A DNA stretch of 64,000 nucleotides from Oscillospiraceae bacterium (GCA_015064895.1 SVRI01000009.1:15138-79137); one strand, 5' to 3'. Positions 27,963 through 37,316 are shown, numbered from the stretch's first letter. Program-made: numbers and translations. The notes: generated by a model from the sequence alone, not told the origin.

Positions 27963-29603
27963 TTATTCAACCGCTATATAGAAATCGTATACCTTCTGAC
28001 CGCCGAAAATACATCCGGATTCCATATGGGGATAAATTTCCCCTATCCTTTCTATAAGCATGAGTGCTTCTTCTTCGGAAGCATCTTCGCCATAGAATAT
28101 TGTAAGAACTTCCTTATCTTCAACATCGGATATCTTTGAAATAAGACCGAGTGCCGCCGATATTTTATCAGCCGCCGCAAAACAAATCTTTCCGTCAAGG
28201 ACACCGATGTATTCCCCGCTGTCAACATGAACGCCGTCAACATCCGAGTCATGTACCGCCTGTGCAACAGAACCGGTAGCCACACTTTCAATGCCGTCCA
28301 CCATACCTGCGATGATTTCGTCGATATCATCGCTCCAGGGGTTGTACATGGAAAGTGCACTGTAGCCTTGAGCCATGGATTTGGTGGAAATCACCCTGAC
28401 ATCTGTCTTATCATACATCTTTGCTGCAAGCTCTGCTGTCATGACAATGTTGGAGTTATTTGGAAGAACAATAATGTGTTCTGCTTCAATTTCATCAAAT
28501 GCCGCAATAAACTCTTCTGCCGAAGGATTCTGAGTCTGGCCGCCGTCAATAATGGCAGTTGCCCCGATTTCGGAAAACAGCTCCTTAAAACCGTCACCCG
28601 AAGCAACGGCAACAATTGCATATTTGACTTTTTCTTTTTTCTTTGCCGGCTTTGCCTCAACACTTTCGTTGTGCTGAACCGACATGTTTTCTATTTTAAG
28701 TGTAATAAACTCACCGAACTGTCTTGCAAATCCGAGCGCCTTTTCGGGGGTAAAGGTATGAACATGAATTTTTACTACATCGTTATCTTTAACCGCAACA
28801 ATTGAGTCGCCTATTGTTTCAAGATAATCAATCAAAACCTTCACATCAAACGAAGCAATATCCGTCTTTGCATTCATGAGCTGAAGAATAAATTCTGTGC
28901 AGTACCCGTATTCAAGAACGCTGTCGGGTCCGAAAGATGAGGAAACAAATCCTGTCGAGAAATTATCCGCAGGCAAATCGGCCTCAATTCGGTTGCCCTT
29001 AAGATGGGAAAGCATGCCTTCAAATATTATAACCATACCTACTCCGCCGCTGTCCACAACTCCCGCTTCCTTTAAAACGGGAAGCATGTCAGGTGTTCTG
29101 GCAAGAGTATTCTTCATTTCGGTAATGACATAGCTGAGCATTGCATCAAAATCTTCAAAGTCATCATGGGCTTCAAGCTTTTCTACAGGTTCGCGTAAGC
29201 ATGTGAGCATGGTGCCTTCCGTAGGCTTTAATACGGAAGAATATGCACATTTTACACCCGATGCAAGCGCCTTACCAAAATCATTTACCGAAAGCTCAGC
29301 CTTGTTATCGGTACCATCGGAAATACCTCTGATAAACTGAGAGAGTATTACACCGGAATTACCTCGGGCAGACAAAAGAACTGCGCGGGAAAAAGTTTTC
29401 ATAAACTCTGACACATCCGACACCGGGTTTTCAACACCATTTACACCGCCGCCGATGGTTCTTGACATGTTTGTACCCGTATCTCCGTCGGGAACGGGGA
29501 AAACATTGAGTGAGTTTACTTCATTTTCGTTACGGCACAGATTTCTGTAGCCGTTGGCAAACATTTCTCTTAATGTCTGTCCGTCTAAACGAGTAATCGC
29601 CAT
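27963..29603 (-). CDS. fakA: DAK2-domain fatty acid kinase catalytic subunit
   Basis: LNVFPVPDGDTGTNM, ARGNSGVILSQ, EGTMLT, VDSGG, YGYCTEF, KIHVHT, GGQTQNPS. Confidence 0.93.
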   Translation of the reverse strand: MAITRLDGQTLREMFANGYRNLCRNENEVNSLNVFPVPDGDTGTNMSRTIGGGVNGVENPVSDVSEFMKTFSRAVLLSARGNSGVILSQFIRGISDGTDNKAELSVNDFGKALASGVKCAYSSVLKPTEGTMLTCLREPVEKLEAHDDFEDFDAMLSYVITEMKNTLARTPDMLPVLKEAGVVDSGGVGMVIIFEGMLSHLKGNRIEADLPADNFSTGFVSSSFGPDSVLEYGYCTEFILQLMNAKTDIASFDVKVLIDYLETIGDSIVAVKDNDVVKIHVHTFTPEKALGFARQFGEFITLKIENMSVQHNESVEAKPAKKKEKVKYAIVAVASGDGFKELFSEIGATAIIDGGQTQNPSAEEFIAAFDEIEAEHIIVLPNNSNIVMTAELAAKMYDKTDVRVISTKSMAQGYSALSMYNPWSDDIDEIIAGMVDGIESVATGSVAQAVHDSDVDGVHVDSGEYIGVLDGKICFAAADKISAALGLISKISDVEDKEVLTIFYGEDASEEEALMLIERIGEIYPHMESGCIFGGQKVYDFYIAVE

Positions 29604-29607
29604 TTAC

Positions 29608-30501
29608 TTATTTGTCGCTCCCTTCAACCGTAACTTCCTTACCAAAGCAATAAGCAGCCACGGTGCCGGGACCTACAGATGAGCCTACAATAGGGCCAAT
29701 ATAGCTTATTACAATTTCTTTAAAAGGTCTCAGCGCCAAAATGCGATCGCGTAAATCCTCTGCATCTTCAATACAATCGGAATGGGTGATGTACAGCCAA
29801 TCCATTCCGTTTTCAGAAGCCGCATCTGCAACAAGCTGAGCAACCCTGTTCTTTGCGTTGTTCAAACCCTTTACCTTTTCAACTGCAAAGTTCTGACCCT
29901 TGGTGTCGGAAATGATAATGGGCTTTACACCGAAAAGATTGCCGAAGAATGCACTGGAAGCAGTTACTCTGCCTGCTCTCTTGAGATATTTAAGATCTGC
30001 AACGGCACCAAACTGGTTGACCTTGAGCTTGTTATTTTCAAGGTATTCGGCAATTTCTTCAATGCTCTTTCCTTCACTTCTCATTTTTGATGCACATAGG
30101 CAGAGCCATCCCTGGCCGAGAGAAGAAATAAGCGAGTCAACGCAAACAACCTTGCCGTCGGGATACTTTTCCGCAAGCTCTTTGACAACCACTCTTGCGA
30201 GATTTACAGAGCCTGAAAGAGCGGATGAACATGAAATATAAAGCACATCCATACCTTGTTCAAGATAATACGTAAACTTTTCCGTATAGGCATTTATGGG
30301 AACCTGTGTTGTAGTAATGTGCTTACCCTGACGCAAAAGATCATACAGTTCCTTTGCAGAGTGATTTTCCCAGTCGAGTGATGCGGGATATTCAGTATCG
30401 TCAATTACGTAGTTCATGGGGACATAATCAATGTCATAACTATCTCTCAAATCTTTTACAAGATCACAAGTGGAGTCTGCAATGATTGCGAATTTTTTCA
30501 T
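29608..30501 (-). CDS. DegV family fatty-acid-binding protein (FakB)
   Basis: IADSTCDL, TTQ, SSALSGS, DS, L.YLKRAGR, VKPII, VGPG. Confidence 0.92.
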   Translation of the reverse strand: MKKFAIIADSTCDLVKDLRDSYDIDYVPMNYVIDDTEYPASLDWENHSAKELYDLLRQGKHITTTQVPINAYTEKFTYYLEQGMDVLYISCSSALSGSVNLARVVVKELAEKYPDGKVVCVDSLISSLGQGWLCLCASKMRSEGKSIEEIAEYLENNKLKVNQFGAVADLKYLKRAGRVTASSAFFGNLFGVKPIIISDTKGQNFAVEKVKGLNNAKNRVAQLVADAASENGMDWLYITHSDCIEDAEDLRDRILALRPFKEIVISYIGPIVGSSVGPGTVAAYCFGKEVTVEGSDK

Positions 30502-30521
30502 ATTATCTGTCTCCTATTTCA

Positions 30522-31466
30522 TTATTTCTTTTTAAGATCTGCGATAACCTCATTCATTGCTGCCTTTTCTGCTTCAAGGCCATCGGAAATCTTGTTTCCG
30601 CAGTAATATGCAGCATATAGGCCGGGGCCGATTGAAGAACCGCATGCCATACCTATACGGTTAAGAATTACTTCCTTGGGTTTAATTTCGTCCTTGATTC
30701 TCTGAACAAGTGTATCGGCAAATTCGGGACGGTTTGAATGAGCAACAAAAACAATCTGATTCTGGGGATCGACAATTGTACGCTTGATGTATTCAACGGT
30801 AGCGTCCATTGCCGACTGCTTGCCCTTAACCTTACCGATAATTTCCGTAAGACCCTGATTCGAGAAATCACCAAGGCAGTTTACTCCGACAAGCGTGCCG
30901 AAAAATGCCTTGAGATTTGAGATTCTTCCTGTTTTTACGGTAAAGAACAAGTCGTCAAGAGGGCCCATCTGGTGAACATGATATTTGAACTCGTTGAGAA
31001 ATTCTGCCGTTTCCTCGATTGTTGCACCCTCTGCACGTTTTTCACACGCCTTTACAAGCATAAATGCAATCGCCGAAGCATATCTCAATGAGTCAACACA
31101 GATAATCTTTCTTTCGGGGTACTTTTCCATAAGTTCCTTGGCAACAAGCAAGCTTGCCTGATATGCACCGGATATGCCGGAAGACAAGAGTACAAGGAGT
31201 ACGTCCTTACCTTCCTTGAGGAAAGGTTCAATTATTCTTATGGAGTCGCCGCGGGACGGAAATGCCGTTTTATATAACAACTTGTTTCCTGTCATGGACT
31301 CATAGTATTCTTCGGGAGTCATTTCTTTCCAGTCGGGATCAGAATATGTCTGTCTTCCGTCGGGCGTATAAAGGATACCGGGCAAATATGCGTCTATACC
31401 GAATCGTTCTCTTAATTCGGCACTGACATCACTTGCCGAGTCTGAAATTATTGCAAAGTTTGACAT
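30522..31466 (-). CDS. DegV family fatty-acid-binding protein (FakB), divergent paralog
   Basis: ISDSASD, KTA, SSGISGA, DSLR, TGRIS, IGPG. Confidence 0.9.
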   Translation of the reverse strand: MSNFAIISDSASDVSAELRERFGIDAYLPGILYTPDGRQTYSDPDWKEMTPEEYYESMTGNKLLYKTAFPSRGDSIRIIEPFLKEGKDVLLVLLSSGISGAYQASLLVAKELMEKYPERKIICVDSLRYASAIAFMLVKACEKRAEGATIEETAEFLNEFKYHVHQMGPLDDLFFTVKTGRISNLKAFFGTLVGVNCLGDFSNQGLTEIIGKVKGKQSAMDATVEYIKRTIVDPQNQIVFVAHSNRPEFADTLVQRIKDEIKPKEVILNRIGMACGSSIGPGLYAAYYCGNKISDGLEAEKAAMNEVIADLKKK

Positions 31467-31616
31467 AAGCCAACCTCCTCGGTTAATAAATTATTATTAA
31501 TTATATCATATAATATGACATTTTTCAACATTTTTTTAAAAAAAGTAGTGCATTTATGTTTTTCTTGTGATATAATGTAGTATATTTTAGTATATGTTTA
31601 TATTTTGGAGGGCAAA

Positions 31617-32573
31617 ATGACTGTATTTTTAATAGTTCTTGCAGTGGTTCTTGTTTCATTAATAGGCGGGCTTGTTGTCATGCTTTCAAAAACAGTACCG
31701 ATAGCAAACAGAGTATATCAGACACAATTGGTACGTACAACCCCTGACAAATGGGGCAGAGTATGTTCAGCACCCGACAACGAAGAACAGCTTGCAATGT
31801 GGCATGCCGGCATCGAATGGGCAAACCAAAACAAAGAATGTATGAAAGAAGTTTCAATAACCAATGACGGACTTCGTCTTTGCGGCGAATACTACGACTT
31901 CGGCTCGGATAAATGCGTCATCATATCCCCCGGCAGATGTGAATGTCTCATGTATTCCTACTATTTTGCTTCTCCCTACAAAGAGGCAGGTTTAAATGTT
32001 CTTGTTGTAGATTCCAGAGCACACGGACACAGCCAGGGTACACATTCCACAATCGGTGTAAAGGAATCGGGCGACATCAAGGCGTGGATGAAGTACATAG
32101 AAAGAGAATACGGCATTAAGGAAATCTGGATTCACGGTATATGCATAGGCAGTGCCTCTGCCCTCTTTATTGCAAGCGGCAGCGACTGTCCCGAAACCCT
32201 TAAAGGTATTGTCACCGAAGGATGCTTTACAACCTTCAGAGAAACCTTCAAGCAGCACATGGTTTATGACAAGAGGCCCTTATTCCCCGTACTTGATCTT
32301 GTTATGCTCAACATTAAAAAACACGCGGGTGTCAATGTTCTCAAGCAGTCACCCATCAAGGTGATTGACAAGGTAAATTGCAGAATGCTTTTCCTTTTTG
32401 GCAAAAAGGATGTATTTTCCCTTCCTCCAAAGAGCCAGATTCTTTTTGACAAGTGTTCCTCAAAGGACAAAAAGCTTGTCTGGTTTGACAAGGGCGGTCA
32501 TTCTCATCTCAGAATCAACAATACAGAAAAGTACGACAGCGAAATCGTAAAATTCGTAACCAATGAACAGTAA
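31617..32573 (+). CDS. Membrane-anchored alpha/beta hydrolase with G-x-C-x-G nucleophile elbow
   Basis: N-terminal TM, DSRAHGHSQG, HGICIG, GKKD, GGHSH. Confidence 0.85.
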   Translation: MTVFLIVLAVVLVSLIGGLVVMLSKTVPIANRVYQTQLVRTTPDKWGRVCSAPDNEEQLAMWHAGIEWANQNKECMKEVSITNDGLRLCGEYYDFGSDKCVIISPGRCECLMYSYYFASPYKEAGLNVLVVDSRAHGHSQGTHSTIGVKESGDIKAWMKYIEREYGIKEIWIHGICIGSASALFIASGSDCPETLKGIVTEGCFTTFRETFKQHMVYDKRPLFPVLDLVMLNIKKHAGVNVLKQSPIKVIDKVNCRMLFLFGKKDVFSLPPKSQILFDKCSSKDKKLVWFDKGGHSHLRINNTEKYDSEIVKFVTNEQ

Positions 32574-33426
32574 ATACGCATTTTTTACAATAGACGTAGA
32601 AAGCTTTTCCGACACGGAATGTGTTGCGGGATCGGGATACTGTTCGAAGGATGACATGCTTGACGGCCTGCAGACTTATATTGATGTTCTTAACAAATAC
32701 AACATAAAGGCAACAATGTTCACACTAAAGGATGTGGCATCAAAATACAAGGGGCTCTTGTCAGAGTTCATATCCGGCGGGCACAAGCTTGCCCTTCACG
32801 GCAACAGACATGTTCCCATGATTGACATGCCGTTATCCCGGTTCAAAAGAGAAACGATACATGCAAAAAACGTACTTGAAGACATCTTCGGAGTAAAAGT
32901 GCGTGGCTTTCGTGCCCCGTTTTTCAGCATGGACAGAGCAAGACTGGACATTTTGCAGAGCCTCGGCTTTCTCTATGATTCGAGTCTTACCGAGTTTTCC
33001 CACGCAAGACACACGACACATGTAAATCTTGACGGATTTTCCAATCCTCAGGGCAGGATTTTTGTCAAGGACGGGTTCTATGAATTCGGTAACTCGGTGG
33101 AAAAAGTATTTGACAGCTCATTTCCCATATCCGGCGGCGGATACATGAGGCTGTCGCCCTGGTTCTTTTCCGGGTCGCTTCTCGGCAAGCATCTCAAAAG
33201 AAATGATTACTATATGTTTTATCTTCATCCCTTTGAGCTTTCAAACCACAAAATGCCCTACATAAAGAATCTCAAAATTCATGATATGATTTATCTTTAC
33301 AGCGGGATTTCAGGTTACAAGACAAGGCTTGAAAGAATAATAGACAATCTTACAAAAGAAGGCTACACATTTTCTACATTTGAAGATGTTGCCGAAAAAA
33401 ACATGTTTAATCAAAAAACGGAATGA
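32563..33426 (+). CDS. Polysaccharide deacetylase (CE4, DUF3473-type)
   Basis: FTIDVE, ATMF, LHGNRH, GFRAPFFS, YDSS, SGGGYMRL, FYLHPFE. Confidence 0.88.
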   Translation: MNSKYAFFTIDVESFSDTECVAGSGYCSKDDMLDGLQTYIDVLNKYNIKATMFTLKDVASKYKGLLSEFISGGHKLALHGNRHVPMIDMPLSRFKRETIHAKNVLEDIFGVKVRGFRAPFFSMDRARLDILQSLGFLYDSSLTEFSHARHTTHVNLDGFSNPQGRIFVKDGFYEFGNSVEKVFDSSFPISGGGYMRLSPWFFSGSLLGKHLKRNDYYMFYLHPFELSNHKMPYIKNLKIHDMIYLYSGISGYKTRLERIIDNLTKEGYTFSTFEDVAEKNMFNQKTE

Positions 33427-33432
33427 GTTTGC

Positions 33433-33843
33433 TCATTCCGTTTTTTTTAGTTTGTTACGTATTGTTTCTCTGACACCATCGAGAAAGGACTTCTTTTCCC
33501 CAAAACAACAGCCGTAAACAAAGTGCTCACAGTTGTTATGAAGAATATGATATCCCGTCTCACCGACATGCGACATTGCTTCTGAAACAATATCATCTGC
33601 CTTTCGGTATGTTCTTTTTTCCTCTGCCGTTTCACAAATTCCCGTCTCAACAAAACCGCCGTTTGCAAAAACATCAATATCTGTAATCAGAACCCTGATT
33701 TCTTCGGGCGGTGTTGTTCCGTTATCGGGAAGTCCGAATTGTATTACAGTCTGTTCGTCAACAAAAATGCCGTAGTGGTAATAAAACTTTACCTGCGTTC
33801 TTACGATACTGCCTCTTACGGGTTGGTCCTGTGTCCAGCGCAT
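33433..33843 (-). CDS. LRAT/PLAAT-like (permuted NlpC/P60) protein
   Basis: HYGIFV...VIQF and YHILHNNCEHFV signature. Confidence 0.88.
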   Translation of the reverse strand: MRWTQDQPVRGSIVRTQVKFYYHYGIFVDEQTVIQFGLPDNGTTPPEEIRVLITDIDVFANGGFVETGICETAEEKRTYRKADDIVSEAMSHVGETGYHILHNNCEHFVYGCCFGEKKSFLDGVRETIRNKLKKTE

Positions 33844-33846
33844 GTC

Positions 33847-34083
33847 TTACAACCTGCCTTCCACTTTGGCAATTACATCCGCAACCTTATTGAGTTTTGG
33901 GAAATCTTCATTCGAAAACTGTACCGAATACTTTTCTTCAAGTATCATTGCCACATAAAGCATACCGATGGAATTGAGTCCGACATCCTTTCTGAGATCC
34001 GATTCCTCGTTAATTCCCTCAAGATTTATTTCATACGGCAAAGCTGTCTTTAACACATTCTTTAATTCATCAACCGTTATCAC
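33847..34083 (-). CDS. Acyl carrier protein
   Basis: Small acidic protein, DLRKDVGLNSIGMLYVAMILEEKY; GGAGG RBS before GTG 34083 (alternative ATG 34110). Confidence 0.88.
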   Translation of the reverse strand: MITVDELKNVLKTALPYEINLEGINEESDLRKDVGLNSIGMLYVAMILEEKYSVQFSNEDFPKLNKVADVIAKVEGRL

Positions 34084-34738
34084 TGCTTTTTCCTCCAAAT
34101 TCTTTTTCATAAAGGCTTCTGCACTCCATCATGCTGTCAAACACCTTCTGTGTCGCCTTTTCTATATCATTCATCGACGGCATACCGCTATCGGAAATGT
34201 GCTCGGTTACGGGATTGCCTATAACCACGCAATTTCTTTTATCGGAAGAATCCCTGTTGTGTATATACAGCGGTATGACAGGAACCTTTGCCTGCATTGC
34301 CATAAGAATTGCTCCCGACTTTATTCCCTGCATTTCGTCCTCACGGTTGATTCCGCCCTGAGGAAATATTGTGACAGTATGACCTTCCTTAAGCAGGGAT
34401 ATAGTTTTTCTTATGGCTTCCATATCGCATATGTTTCTGTCAATTTCAATGCATCCCATAGCTTTGAGAAGCTTACCGAAGCCCTTCTTTTTCATGACCA
34501 CCTCTGCAGCAAGATAGAACATCCTGCGGTACCAGAAGGTACATCCCACAATAAGGGGGTCTGAAAAACCCGAGTGATTGGCAACTACAACCGCACCCGT
34601 GCGAAGTTTTTTCTTTGCTTCGGGAGAAAGGTATCTTCTTCGAACATTAAACCATATATACATGGGTGCACACAAGAAACGCCCCGCATCCATGGGAAAG
34701 TGTTTTATATCAAACAATTTCGGCTTATTCTGATTCAC
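34070..34738 (-). CDS. 1-acyl-sn-glycerol-3-phosphate acyltransferase (PlsC-like)
   Basis: ANHSGFSD (HX4D), IDR, IFPQGG, KSGA, PVIP. Confidence 0.9.
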   Translation of the reverse strand: MNQNKPKLFDIKHFPMDAGRFLCAPMYIWFNVRRRYLSPEAKKKLRTGAVVVANHSGFSDPLIVGCTFWYRRMFYLAAEVVMKKKGFGKLLKAMGCIEIDRNICDMEAIRKTISLLKEGHTVTIFPQGGINREDEMQGIKSGAILMAMQAKVPVIPLYIHNRDSSDKRNCVVIGNPVTEHISDSGMPSMNDIEKATQKVFDSMMECRSLYEKEFGGKSSDNG

Positions 34739-35403
34739 TTTTTGGACTTCCTCGCTTCCAGTATATCTTTTAACTCAAAAGTCTTTTCCTCAAGCAATTC
34801 CAAAAGCTTCTGTCTTTGCTCTTTGGTGGGATTTTCATTATCACAGTAATCTCTGAGATAAATAGGCTCGCCTATAATAAAATGTGCTCTCTTGGTAATG
34901 CCGTAATTTCCGTCGGTATACACAGGAACAATTGGAGCATCCGTTCTGAGTGCCACGGCAACAATACCGGGTTTAAACGGGAATCGGCAACCGTTTACCG
35001 GCAAACGTCCCTGTGGGAATACGCCTATTCTTCCGTTTTTGTCGAGCACTTCAAGGCTGTCTTCCACAAATCCGAAATCGCAGGTATCTCTGTTTATGTA
35101 GATGCCGCCGATTTTGAACAGAAACCAGGAAAAAAGTCTGCCTTTATTGAAAAGCACTTCAGCCATCCAGAACCTTAATGTACAAAAAGGAAACGACATT
35201 AAATAGAGTACAAAGTCCATGAGCGATGTATGATTGGACATAAGTATACAGGGCTTTGGCAAACCGCCCTTGAATGCATTCTTGTTGACATAGTGTTTTT
35301 TAGGCTTGAAAAACAGCATTGCCGGCACATATCCGGTGATTTTTACAAATGCAAGAAACAGTCTGCTTACATTACTCTTTTTTATCAAACTCTTTTTTAA
35401 CAT
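34735..35403 (-). CDS. 1-acyl-sn-glycerol-3-phosphate acyltransferase (PlsC-like), second copy
   Basis: SNHTSLMD (HX4D), INR, VFPQGR, FKPG, PIVP; ATGA overlap with the next gene. Confidence 0.9.
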   Translation of the reverse strand: MLKKSLIKKSNVSRLFLAFVKITGYVPAMLFFKPKKHYVNKNAFKGGLPKPCILMSNHTSLMDFVLYLMSFPFCTLRFWMAEVLFNKGRLFSWFLFKIGGIYINRDTCDFGFVEDSLEVLDKNGRIGVFPQGRLPVNGCRFPFKPGIVAVALRTDAPIVPVYTDGNYGITKRAHFIIGEPIYLRDYCDNENPTKEQRQKLLELLEEKTFELKDILEARKSKK

Positions 35404-35405
35404 GT

Positions 35406-37316
35406 TTATATTTGCCTTTCTATATATTGACACATTTCATGCACTGTATATCGAAATGTGTCGGATTCTCCCGCTTTTACGGAGAAATTTTCCGCCAATG
35501 CGGAAAGAATGGAGAAATACTGCATACTTGTCGCACCAAGGTCAAGCATAATATGTGAGTGAATATCTATATCCTCCGCCGAAATGCCAAGCTCGAAAGC
35601 CACTATTTCTTTAACGCTATTCAAAAGTTCAGCACTGTATTCGGTATTGTCAACCCAAGCGTTTTTATAATTTTCAAACGGAAAGATACAGATGCTGCCG
35701 TTTTCTATTCCGCCGGAAAGGTACTTCCTGCCGACTTTCACTGCATTTGCAGGTGCAATCGGATCGGTTGTGAAATAAAATCTCGAAACTCTTGAAGTTA
35801 TTGGGAGGCTGTTATTTATTTCATAAATCTTCTGTGCAAGAGCGTTCCTCTTTACATCCGACATATAGCGGCTGATTTGTACAACCATAGAAACCGTTTC
35901 CTTGTCGCAGTCTTTGAGACCAAGCACACAGTAATTTTCTGCTTCGGCAAGGACAAACTGTTTCTCAATAACATCAGGATTTATGTTTTCGCCGTTTTCT
36001 CCTATAATAACGTCGCCAAGCCTTCCGATTATGTAGTATGAACCGTCTCTGTATTCAACTTTATCACCGGTGTTGAACCATTCACCCATCGGCACCTCTT
36101 TCCCTTCGATCATAAGACGGTGGCAGACAGAGTTTCCTTTTACATGAAGAATGCCGTCGTCATCTATCTTATATTCCACCGAGGAAAAAGGCAAGCCTAT
36201 AGCATTCCGGTTTGTGTTTTTCGGACCGCATCTAAGCTCTACCGACGTTATACCGATTTCGCTCATGCCGTAACCGTTGTGAAGGTTGTAACCAAGTCCG
36301 TTTATCAGTTCAAGTGCAGAATTTCTTACATAGCTTCCGCCGTTAATGCAGAACCGGATACTCTGACCAAAAAGCTCATCCGTTACTTCATGCATGATTC
36401 TCTGCGAAAGCTTAATACCAATATGCGGAAAAATATTCTGAAGCTTTGTGCAGAATTTTATGCCGTTTTCAAATTTCTTTTGCTTCTTTTCACCCTTCAA
36501 AGCAACCTTTTTTTGAACTTCTGTCTCAATCGTATGCCACAAAAGCGGCACTGCAAACACGTGAGTTACCTTATGTTTGCGACAGGTTTTGAGAATGGTA
36601 TCAGAGCTGTAATCCTTCATGAAAACTACGGCAACACCGTAAAAGGAAAACCAAAAATAGACAGCAATCAGACCAAAAACGTGATAAAACGGCAAAAAAG
36701 CCAACTGCTTGATTTCACCATCATAATCACCGGCAATTTCAGGATATTTTTCGATAAACCCGTTTACATTCAGAATCTGTGCACAAAACTCTTTGCCGGA
36801 ATAAAAGCAAATTACGTCTTTAAGAGAGGTTGCTGATGTGGAAAGTGCTATTTCATCTGCAAAACTGCACTTCAAATCGCCGTCTTCATTTAAATCACAA
36901 ATGTCCACAAACTTTCCGTCCAGCTGTGTTTTGTTTTTGCCGACTATATATTCAATACCGAGTGTGGAAAGCATTTTTTGAGACAAAGCTTTGGGGTGAC
37001 GGCAGTTGACAAGATACGGTTTGTTACCGCTTCTGAGAATTGCCCAGAAAGCAATAATCCATTCGACACAGTTTTCCATTTCCAGTGCCACGTATTCACC
37101 CTGTACACCGATTCTTTTACTAAGAGCAAAAGCAGCTCTTTCGATTCTTTGCTTTGTTTCAGCAAACGTAATCTTTTTTACTCGGAAACCATCGGTATAT
37201 TCTGCCATGACACCGCGATTTTCAAACATGACATTATATATTGCTTCAAAATTTTTCGACGATGACTGTAAGGCATCGCTGTTGCATTTTAAAACATGCT
37301 TCAGTTCTTTGCGCAT
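35406..37316 (-). CDS. AMP-binding (acyl-CoA/ACP ligase-like) protein fused to C-terminal carrier domain
   Basis: FLPFYHVFG, AVPLLW, NGYGMSE, FNTGD, IIGR.....I...GENINP..IE; C-terminal DLGATSMQY carrier motif; degenerate P-loop STSATSLKD. Confidence 0.87.
   Translation of the reverse strand: MRKELKHVLKCNSDALQSSSKNFEAIYNVMFENRGVMAEYTDGFRVKKITFAETKQRIERAAFALSKRIGVQGEYVALEMENCVEWIIAFWAILRSGNKPYLVNCRHPKALSQKMLSTLGIEYIVGKNKTQLDGKFVDICDLNEDGDLKCSFADEIALSTSATSLKDVICFYSGKEFCAQILNVNGFIEKYPEIAGDYDGEIKQLAFLPFYHVFGLIAVYFWFSFYGVAVVFMKDYSSDTILKTCRKHKVTHVFAVPLLWHTIETEVQKKVALKGEKKQKKFENGIKFCTKLQNIFPHIGIKLSQRIMHEVTDELFGQSIRFCINGGSYVRNSALELINGLGYNLHNGYGMSEIGITSVELRCGPKNTNRNAIGLPFSSVEYKIDDDGILHVKGNSVCHRLMIEGKEVPMGEWFNTGDKVEYRDGSYYIIGRLGDVIIGENGENINPDVIEKQFVLAEAENYCVLGLKDCDKETVSMVVQISRYMSDVKRNALAQKIYEINNSLPITSRVSRFYFTTDPIAPANAVKVGRKYLSGGIENGSICIFPFENYKNAWVDNTEYSAELLNSVKEIVAFELGISAEDIDIHSHIMLDLGATSMQYFSILSALAENFSVKAGESDTFRYTVHEMCQYIERQI

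Noticed and set aside
35406-37316. Classical NRPS/PKS module
   Set aside because: No condensation, ketosynthase or thioesterase domain; the adenylation domain resembles acyl-CoA ligases.
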